64,000 nucleotides of DNA from Octopus sinensis. Lineage: Eukaryota. The translations under genes and the position numbers were made by a program. Numbering within the stretch: the stretch's first letter is position 1; each line of letters begins with the position of its first letter. Shown piece by piece: positions 54,317-64,000 of the stretch. The notes beneath the pieces are model-generated. The model worked only from the letters and a program-made list of their open reading frames with translations, was not told where the DNA came from and made no database searches. Where the stretch lies: NCBI RefSeq assembly GCF_006345805.1, contig NC_042997.1, forward strand, positions 142,414,001 to 142,478,000, given 5' to 3'.

Positions 54317-57300
54317 CTGAAAAAGATCTTAAGAAATATTTCACATTGCCCTTTAAATATAGCATTTTAAGAATATTTTCAATGTCATCGGTTTAGAACA
54401 TATTCTTCCTCAGGTTACCTAGATACATTTTGGGGGGTTATTTTTTCGTTTTTTATATTTTGTAAAATAGAAATTTGATTATCATAAAATATATCTAAGT
54501 AAAAATCATAAAATTTATTTCCAAATTACTATTGATTTTGAGATTATCTCAATATGAATCTTAAATGTTCATTTTGTCTTTATATTTGATTGGATTGTAT
54601 ATAGGTCAGTTTTTTTTAGTATAGATCATGTGACTTGTTTACTCTTATAATCAAAACACTGTATACAGAGTTTTGATTATGTCTGCTTTCCATACTGGCA
54701 TGGGTTGGATGGATCATTATGGTCAGAGTTAACATGCCTTCAGAGGCACTGCTCACCTAGATGGGTCATGAAACCTCATCTCACTCACATTTAATTTTCA
54801 ATAGGGTTTCTACAATCTGATGCCCTTCCTAACACCAACCACTTTACAAAGTTTATTGGGTAATTTTTTTTCATAGCACCAGGAGAGGTGTCATGTCCTC
54901 AACAAAGCTAAAAAGCCCTCAACACCCTCATGCTTTATAGGGAGTTCCAAGTGTATTTTTCATGACAACATTAGAGAGATAGCCGTGTCCTCAATGCATC
55001 TAAAATAAAAGTACTGTATACAGAAACAAGTTGTCACCATCATCATCACCATCATTGATTTCTCAACCCCTTGTCTCTGCTTGCTTGCCACCCTCTTCAC
55101 AGTGAGAGTCATGAGTGATAGAGGCTTGGCATATGTGTGTATCTATAATCATACATATATACTGTAGTTAAATTTTTTATGTTAATTTAATTCCTCTCTT
55201 GAGACAAGATGATTTTATAAAATTTTAACAGTGATTATTAGAGTACTTCAGTTATACTTCTCTGGCAGGATAATGTAGTCAAAGCAGGTTAACTAAAAGT
55301 CTAGTCTATCATTATACGAATGGTTAATAGCAGTAGAGTGGCAGAATTATTAGAGTGCCAGATGAAGTGCCTTGTGGTATTTAGTTGTGGTCCTTATTCT
55401 ATGTTCAAATCCAACTCGGGTAATTTTTGCCTTTTGTCCCTCTAGAGATAATAATATAAAGTTCCAAATTTTTCACAAAACCTTGGTAGAATCCACTTCT
55501 ATTAGCAAGGAAGCAAAAGACGTTAAAACAATGATAATATACATTATTCTTTGTTTCTTTCTTGCCCCCCTACCCACCACGTCTCTCATTATTCATACTT
55601 TCTAACATAATTTCTTGTCATGACCCAAACGATTTATAACTGACTTTTACTTCATAGTAAATATATATACATGAAAAAAGTTTACTTTGAATTCAGACAC
55701 TTTAGTATACTATAACTGATAATAAAAAAGTTGGTTACAACACTTGAATGAGAAGATAGATATTAAATAAATTGTTGATTTCTTTTTGGAAAAGCTCCTT
55801 TAATATTGAAATTAATTGATTCATCTTTAGCTATCACATCTAAACCACTTATGACCTACACTTAGTGACTCATTCATTCACCTATCACTATATCAATTGA
55901 CTTTAAAAAAATTTTTTTATTCAGTATCAATATTTCAAGGAGAAAGCTCAATGGTTTAATGGTATAGTGCTGATCATCATCATCATCATCATCATTATTA
56001 TCATCATCATTTAACATTCATTGTCCATGGGTTGGATGGTTTGACCAGGGCTAGCAAGCTGGAAGGCTCCTACTTTGAAATGTTTTGTTGCCTTTTCTGT
56101 ATTTGCTTTAAATATATTTTTTCCTGACAATAATTTATTGAAGTCGGTTTTATTTTTCACGCGAACATTAACTCTGCTGGAGACTTTCCTGAACTGGTAT
56201 TCAGATTGGATATTACTCTATATACCCTGAAGAATTTCATTAGCACTTCATTTCCTGTATCATTCCTTGCTTTTTTTAACACTCTCTTGAACATATCAAC
56301 GAATCTTTCTATCTGCCCGTTAGACCTCGGATGGTAGTGTGGGGTAAAAATATGCTTTATCACATTTATTTTGCAGAAATTTTTTAATTCACTACCCGTA
56401 AATTGTATTCCATTATCTGATACCAGTGTCTAGAACACTGTATTGGGCAAATAATTCATACAGGAACTTTATTGTTGTCTTTGTGGTTGGTTTATTGCAC
56501 CTGCATATCTTTGGTTACTTTGTACCACTATCAACAACAATTAGATAGTATGCACCATTCACCTGTCCAGCATAGTCAATATGTACCCTGGACCACAAAC
56601 TATCCATCTCAGGCCATGATTGGTATTTCAGTGGTGGTGCTTTGGCTGCTAGTGTACAACATCTACATGATTTTATACAATTTTTAATGTCCCAGTCCAT
56701 TGTTGGTCAATATGCATAGCTCCTCATTAAGGCTTTCATTCTCAACATTCCCAGATGCAATACTCATTTCTGTAGTGCAGTTGGTACTACCAATGTTTGC
56801 ACATACATTAAAACATTGTCACATAGTGAAAAATTATGAATTTGTATTTTTATTTTGCTTATTTTTCAACATTTGTTTCATTCTTGTAATGTAATTATCC
56901 TCTGTGGATTACATTTTTATATCAAGTGCTGCCACTGACAGTTTGTGAATAACATTACACATAACGTTTTTAATTACTCTTTTCTTCAATTCAACTGTTG
57001 AGTTCTTTTCACTGGTGGAGTAGCCATTTAATTTTTTATAGTACCGGTTTATTGGGAGATCCCATTTCTTCCATGTATCGGTGTTAATGATTGAAATGTC
57101 ACCACCAGTATCCAGTTGTAATTTAATATTTACTCCGTTTACTTTTATGCGTACAAATTTCCTTATTTAGGAGTCAATTTTACTTGCTGTTGAGAACACT
57201 TTAGAATTTTTTACATTTGACCTTCATAATTTTGCTCTGCAGTAAGAACTATTGTGTCCAAATTTTTGAATACTGTAACATTTTTAGTTTTTAAAAGGAC

Positions 57301-58148
57301 TATCTTTTCTGAAATGTAGGCCTTCACATTTCTAACATGGATTAGGACATAGCAATTTTCTTTGGTTGTACTTTCTTGGTCGACATATCTGTATTTTTGC
57401 AAAATCCTTTTCTTGAATTTTTCTTACATTGTTTCAGGTTTACCATCCCTTGACACAGTCTACAGGATTAAAGTTTTGAAAGAATTCTTACTTGTATTTC
57501 TGTATCTTCATTTGTTATAAGGCCTTGTACAAAAATGAGGCACTTCAACATCTAAGGAATTAGTTTCTTCTGTTTAAAACTTTCACACATTCTGTTGACT
57601 GTTCCTGCATATGTAATAAAGTCACCATCCTCTTTTTTTAGTTAAATTCCAACACTCCATTCGAGTGTTAAATCGAGAAGCTTTATCACCAAACATGTTA
57701 GACAGTAATTTGATTGTTTCCTGAAAACAAATTTCACTGGACTGTTTGGGCAATATGAAATTATAGTATCATTCATGCTCAGACGGAGCTAATTTACGTA
57801 ATAATAACCTTACTTTTTCTTCATCCAACCATGTCTTGCAATCTTCCTTAACAATCTCTTCGTACCTTCTGTAGTATGCTGCAAAAGTTATACTCTCCTC
57901 TGGGTTAAAACTGAATTCTATTATGGAGTTTGATACACCATCTGGCGAAAACAAATTTACCACATTTTCAGACACCTTTGCACATAACTCCAATAATTGT
58001 TGTTGTTGCTGTACTAGTTGCTTCTGCAACTCCTGTTGCTGTTCTTGTTGTTGCTTTTGCAACTATATAATAGAAGCTAATAGGTCTTCTGCCATTTAAC
58101 AAGTTGTATCACGAACAAATTGTTAAATAACCTTTGTGAGCTTTGGAA

Positions 58149-58160
58149 CCCTCATCACCA
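58149..58160 (-). promoter_or_regulatory. tRNA primer-binding site of the Gypsy element
   Basis: TGGTGATGAGGG on the minus strand directly 3' of the LTR; the TGG complements tRNA CCA. Confidence 0.75.
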
Positions 58161-58162
58161 GA

Positions 58163-58468
58163 TGTTGTATCCTCCATCTCCAAATGTCATGGCACCATCA
58201 CGATATTGTGATGGATGATTTAGATACACTATAACCAGTGTTGCAACAGTAAACAAGATAAGGATGCAGCCATAATAACAACATAACAATCCAACAATCT
58301 CTTCACGAACCAACAATCAATATTCCAAATGAACTAATCAACCGACACCTGACTTCTCTGCAAACTCAACTCAGACTAACACACAAACTTTACTCCAACC
58401 GTTACTATTTATAACTGCCTGGTCCGGTCTATTTCTCACAAGGAGGTGTCATGACTCTCATCACAACA
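58163..58468 (-). mobile_element. 5' LTR (306 bp) of the Gypsy element
   Basis: Minus strand starts TGTTGTGA and ends TACAACA (6-bp TIR TGTTGT/ACAACA). Two nt downstream is a PBS-like TGGTGATGAGGG. Confidence 0.8.
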
Positions 58469-60689
58469 CTTGTACACCATGGTAACCAGGTAAGGCTCTG
58501 GCCTTATGAGTCCTAGGGATCACAACAAACTTAAATGGGTTTCATGATGTTTAGCTTTCCATATAAATCTTAGCATTGCATTACATGCAAACTAAAAATA
58601 TAAATCAGTATGCTGATTTTGTCAGTTGCTTTTTAACATTCACTTTGTTTTAACCCTTTGATGCATTTGTTTCAATTAATTTTGAAAACAATGAAAAATT
58701 TAGTAAAATAACTTTGTCATAATTAGAATGGCAGAAATATTAGCACACCAGGTGAAATACTTAGTAGTATTTCATCTGTCTTTATGTTCTGAGTTCAAAT
58801 TCTGCTGAGGTTGACTTTGCTTTTCATCCTTTCAGGGTCGATAAATTAAGTACCAGTTGCATACTGGTGTCAATGTAATCAACTAGACCCTTCCCCAAAA
58901 ATTTCTGGCCATGTACCTAGAGTAGAAAAGATTATTAGAAATTTTAATGGAAGGTTTGGATTTAGATCAGTTTAAAGCAGGAAATTGATATCATTGAACT
59001 AGAGCAGTCTCAGACATGTTGGTGTCAAAAGATAATCAACTGCAATAACTTTGTTTTGTTGTTTATTTTCCCCCCTTGGAATACCACTTTAATATTAATT
59101 ATTTTGATATATTTTCCTTTGTTGCACCAAACTCTGAAAGGCATTGGTGTAATCTTGAGACTATAATTTCATTAGATATATTTGCACCAAACCTTCGTAT
59201 GTATTTTGACTGCTTCCATTTTACAAAATTTTCTTAAATTCTTTAAAACTCAAGTTAAATAGAATTTCTCACTTATCACTTTTATTTACTTTTCCAATTA
59301 TACCTTAGTGTGATATATAAAAGAAAAGAAATAAGTTCTAAACAAAAGCAACAGTTAAGCTTCATTAAAAAAATCTGACATGATTAATTCTAAATAAGTT
59401 GAAAATTCAATTTATATTTTAAAATGTTTGTTTTCTTTTTTGTTGTTTGTTTTTTTTTACTTCTTTTGTTTTTAGAATGAATGATGAAGCAACCAATTCC
59501 TTTTTCAGTTTCTGTCTTTTGTTGTTTTCCCTTGAAAAGAACTGGGCGGAGTCATAATAGAGGAGTCTTTAACTTTGTTTTCTCCTATTCATGACAGCTA
59601 TTGATTGTATGCTTCAAGCCAAATATGTCTCTTTTTCCTCCCCAACATTACCTTTTTGTTTGTTTCTTTTTTTTCTTTACTCTCCTTTTTCCTCTCTCTT
59701 CTCTTATACAACATGTTGTCAATTCTTTTGGTAAAATATGCTGGATGTAGTCATGTAGGAAAAATTACTAACTATTGTTTCTTGTCAAAAAATATATATC
59801 TTAAATATAATGTATTTGGTGTTCTCTTCTGAAGAAATTACAACAGTCACTACCATTGGAAAACTGATAATTTTTTCATTGACATGATGGTGCTTTATTA
59901 TCTCTAAAGTTGTTTTATATTTTTTAATTGACCAATATCTTTGAAATTGCATCGTTTATTTTCAGTTAGTTCAATTACTCTTCATCATTTCTGTTATATA
60001 CCAGTTTACTCTCACTATTTTGATGTAAACTTAATACCTTGAACTTGTGGTTGAGTTAGAATTTAAATTATAAGGATAGAAGCAACAGTCAGCACTTAGT
60101 TTCAAATTGATATTTTCCATTTTTTTAATTTTTATGCGTTTCAGTTATCAGTGTAGCCATGCTGGAGCACTTCCTTGATGACTTTAGTTAAAGAAATCAA
60201 TGCTTGGGCTTTTTCGTTTTTGTTTTTGAAGGTTGGTACTTATTCTGTTGATCTCTTTTGCCAAACTTTTAAGTTATCAGGGGCATAAACAAACCAAATG
60301 GTGAGTAGGAAGACAAACACTAATGCAAAGATGTACACTCACACACATATAATATATATGATGGGCTTCCTCCTCTACCAAATTCATTCACAATGCATTG
60401 GTCATGCTGGGGCTCTAATAGAAGACATTTACCTAAGGTGCTGTGCAGTGAAACTGAACCTGAATCCACATTGTTACAAAGCAGACTTCTTAACCATATA
60501 ACCATACCTGTGCCTATATTGGTAATATTAATCTTCAAATACAAAATGAACTTCAGGTAGAAATATTGATTTCTTTTGGGGATATATGGATGTAATTAGA
60601 TGCTAACAACAATCAGTTACTATGAAAAAAAAAATGATATATTGACCATATCCCAAAGTTTTCCTTCCTATTGGTTTGGCTTGGAGGAA

Positions 60690-60960
60690 AGGGCTGTACC
60701 CACAGCTTTCAGGAACCCCCTGAGACTGGTGATATCAATGTAGCTGGTATCTCATTTGAATGGCTGCAGATTGACAGCATCAGGAAAAACATAGGCAGGA
60801 GTAGGGAATTCCAGAGGATTGATTCCTGGGGAGAAAAGGACTGGTTGAAAAGTTTATGTGAGATCTAATGGGTGGACACATTTCGTGTGAGGAGAGGAAG
60901 TAATACAAACAAATCAGGTGTACCTAGTTGGAAATGATACAAGACTAGCTAGCTTCAAGG
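60690..60960 (-). mobile_element. CR1/L2-group LINE 3' end fragment
   Basis: Minus strand NQSFSPQESILWNSLL...PDAVNLQPFK; similar to 18060-18130. Confidence 0.55.
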
Positions 60961-62447
60961 TCTAGAGATCATTGCAGTAGCAAACTGAAGAGCTGCTTCA
61001 GTTGGCCCACATTCTAGCTACATCAGCACCACCAAATTCACTTACAAGCCATTGGTTGGCTGGTGGAAGCTATAGTAGAGACACTTGTCCAAGGAAGGTG
61101 CTGCACAATATGGCTGAATCCAAAACCATGTGGTTGCAAACCAAACTTCTAAACCATACAGCCCTGCTTGTATGATAGTAGGTTTTGCATAGAGATATAA
61201 TATATGTTTGACAGGGTGTATAGCAATAACTTGATGGTGTCCATTATTTTCCAGTCTTGCAATAATTGTAAGCATTCACCACTTACAGTTTCGAGAAATA
61301 AATAACTCTCACCATTGGTACAAATGCAATTTTCTGACTGGAATTTTTTTTCTTTTTCACTTCATTTTTCTTTTCCTTTCCATTTTTTTGTTTGTTTTTT
61401 TTTTCTTCTTCTTCCCAAGTTTCATAAGAGATTATTAACTTTCACTTTCTACTTTCTTAATACTAAGTTTTTGAAAAAGATTCCCAAAAGCTTTATTTTG
61501 TGTTCCTGCTTTGGATCACTGCTCACGAAATTTGTAATTCTCTCTTTCCATCTCTCTTTTTCTCTTTCTCTCTCTCTCTCCTTCTCCCTTTTTCCTTTTC
61601 TCCCTTTCTCTCTCTGTTTCTCACTCTCTATGCAGCCAGCTTTTGACATCGTATTAATATCCTTTAAATTACTCTGAATAATGTTGTCAGGTTGTGAATA
61701 TATTGAGCAAATATCAAAGACTCTCGACTTGATATTACCATTTCCCCATACACTAAGTGGGACACATTATAACAGCTGTGGTAATGATTTTTATTTTGTT
61801 TGTCTTATTTATGTACATAATTTTTTTTATTTTCTATACAGACAGCTTTAGTTAACCGACTGGAATCCAACTCACAAATTTTCCTTTTTCAGTACCAACT
61901 GAAAGATCAATAATACAAACCACAAACATCACAAACAGAATTTTGGTGAATTTTCTGTTTTAATTGCACACCTTTAAGCTGTTGCATTTTACAAAATAAA
62001 TAATTAAATAAATGAATAAATGAATTCAAAACACTCAGATCAGCTGTTATTTGTATTCTAGGGTTAATTATCAGAGAGATGAATAAAATTAATAAAATGG
62101 TAATTTAGCTCCAAAATACTGCCTTCAGTGTTTTGATGTTTGACTCCTTTCTGACATAACCAAAAAAATATTTCAAACTGAGGACTACAAACCTTCAACT
62201 TATGTTTTTATGGATACAGGGATAAGCATAGCCAGTTGATCAAGAAGTTTCTTTCACAATTAGCTGGTTTTTAAGTTTGATCCTACTGCAAGGCAGGCAC
62301 TTTTTGCAGGTGTCTTATACTGTAACTGTAGCCTCAGGTTGACCAATGCTTTCAGTAGAATTTGGTATATGGAAACTGTGCAGAAGCTTGTTGTGTGTGC
62401 ATGTCTCTGTCTGTGCATGCATGCATGCATGTGTGTGTGTGTGTGTA

Positions 62448-62995
62448 TCATTGTCATCATTTAAAGTCTGCTTTCCATGCTGGTTTGAGTTAGTTTGACT
62501 GGAACTGGTAAGCCAGAATGCTGTACCAGGTTCCAGTCTCATTTGGCATGGTTTCAATGACTAGATGCCATTCCTAACGCCAACTTCTCCAAGAGTGTAG
62601 TGGGTGCCTTTTACATATCCCTGGCACAGGTGCTTTTCACATGTCACCTGCATGGGTACCTTTTATGTGCTTCTGACACAGGTGCCTAGTAATATGTCAC
62701 TGGCCATGGCTATGATTTCACTTGGCTTGATGATTCTTCTCAAGCACAGCAAATCGCAGTGGTCTCAATCACTTGTCATCACCTCCATGAGACCCAACAT
62801 TTGAAGATCATGCTTCATCACCTCATCCCATGTCTTCCTGGGTCTACTTATAGAAGTTCCCTCCACAATTAGAGATTGGTACTTTTTATGCAACTGTCCT
62901 CATTCATCTGCATCACATGACCATACTAGCACAGTTGCCTCTCTTGCGCACTACCTCTAATGCCTCTTATGCCCAATTTTTTCTCGAGATGCTTA
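62448..62995 (-). mobile_element. RTE-clade LINE 3' end (ORF C-terminus, 3' UTR, (GAT)n tail)
   Basis: Minus strand reads, with frameshifts, like EKLGIRGIRG..QERQL..YGHVMQMNEDSCIK. It continues into a UTR with AAAAGCACC-type repeats, TGGCGTTAGGAATGGCATC...GCATGGAAAGCAGACTTTAAATGATGA. Confidence 0.8.
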
Positions 62996-63004
62996 CACTT
63001 TGTT

Positions 63005-63046
<42 letters not shown>

Positions 63047-63051
<5 letters not shown>

Positions 63052-63249
63052 TTAAAAATGGGGAAGACCAGTTTGTGGGATTACCTTAGGTTTCCTGTCC
63101 ATAAAGGGTTTAGCTTTATGGTGTATCATCATATCCCCAAAACCTGTTGGCCCATGACTTCTTAAAAATGGAGCCCATAAAGCTAAACCTTTTATGGATG
63201 GGAAACCTAAGGTAATCCCATAAACCAGCCTTCCCCGTTTTTAATATAT
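63047..63249. repeat. Fold-back with 75-bp arms (63047-63121 / 63175-63249)
   Basis: 8 mismatches, all transitions; TA-rich termini. Confidence 0.92.
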
Positions 63250-63457
63250 ACTGCTCTACATCTTAGAGTGTGCTTCTTTCAGATTTATGCCCTTTACAAA
63301 CAATTATGTGTCCAACCCATGCCACCACGGAAGGTGGACATTAAATGATGTGTGTGTATATATATAATAAATTAAATTGATTAGAACTACCAGCAAAGTC
63401 ATTCTTTTTCTTTTTGCAAATATATGCAACTGCACCAAAGATTTCATGCATTTTCCA

Positions 63458-63492
<35 letters not shown>

Positions 63493-63729
63493 TATATATA
63501 TATATACATACATATATGTATGTAGTATATATACATGAATGTGCATGTGTATACATGCATATACATATAACACACATGTATGTATGTATGTATTTTATGA
63601 ACACATTTATTTATATACACATGCGCATACACATCTATGTGCTTTATTAAAATACATCTGTGTTTCAGTTAATCTTTTTTTATTAAAGATTTTCTTTTCT
63701 TGGTGATTTAGCCATCCACAATACCAGCA

Positions 63730-64000
63730 AGCTTATTTAAAGAACTACTTGTGACATAGTCAACTTAAGTGCCATTTTGATACCCACTGGTTAACTTATA
63801 TAAATAAGCAGATGGAGTAACCATGGACACCCACTTAGGACCTATGCTTGTGGCATTGTATTTACAATAGAGAACAGATTATTACAAAAACATGACACAA
63901 AATATACACCAGATATGTTTATAATATATTAGTTGTATTAGATACTTAAAAATATGTTGGGAAAGTAAAGGAGGCTTAGAGAACAACACTTCTAAAAATA
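63730..64000 (+). mobile_element. Penelope-like reverse transcriptase relic
   Basis: NLYK*ADGVTMDTHLGPMLVALYL (compare YKQ+DG+AMGSPL+P+LAN++M) followed by TRYVYNI (compare RYVDDI). Truncated by the window end. Confidence 0.55.

Larger units (their letters stand above)
56069..58468 (-). mobile_element. Ty3/Gypsy LTR retrotransposon remnant: 5' LTR, PBS, gag, protease, integrase; RT/RNase H and 3' LTR absent
   Basis: Minus strand: gag-like FSPDGVSNSIIEFSFNPEESITFAAYYRRYEEIVKEDCKTWLDEEKVRLLLRKL (ATG 58095); protease LQLDTGGDISII (DTG 57104-57112); integrase CRCC...WSRVHIDYAG...YYLIVVD and YHPRSNGQIERFVDMFKR...GKSPAELMF. Confidence 0.95.

Noticed and set aside
57950-58062. PolyQ tract
   Set aside because: Part of the Gypsy gag N-terminus, not a host polyQ gene.

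Overview
AT-rich eukaryotic intronic or intergenic DNA, most likely from a coleoid cephalopod (Octopus-like), inferred only from the recalled repeat families and the dense microsatellites. There is no prokaryotic gene organisation, rRNA, intact tRNA or CRISPR array, and no confidently identifiable host protein-coding gene; almost all listed ORFs are repeat or microsatellite artefacts. The window is mostly transposable-element debris. It holds a full-length dead mariner (6493-7780), a Ty3/Gypsy element with LTR, PBS, gag, protease and integrase but no RT/RNase H (56069-58468), and a probable solo LTR in a (TA)n tract (48516-49455). LINE fragments of CR1-group, RTE, R4/Dong-like and Penelope-like type are present, along with three tRNA-derived SINE families (several with perfect TSDs, often nested), TTAA-type MITEs and a Helentron/HINE-like element. 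The most notable unannotated structure is six unrelated long inverted repeats (fold-backs), three of which show reciprocal CpG-decay scars. There are also two local duplications or rearrangements and a few weak candidate exons. I found no convincing new biological system; the findings are candidates for follow-up. Identities were estimated by manual alignment and family names come from recalled motifs, not database searches.
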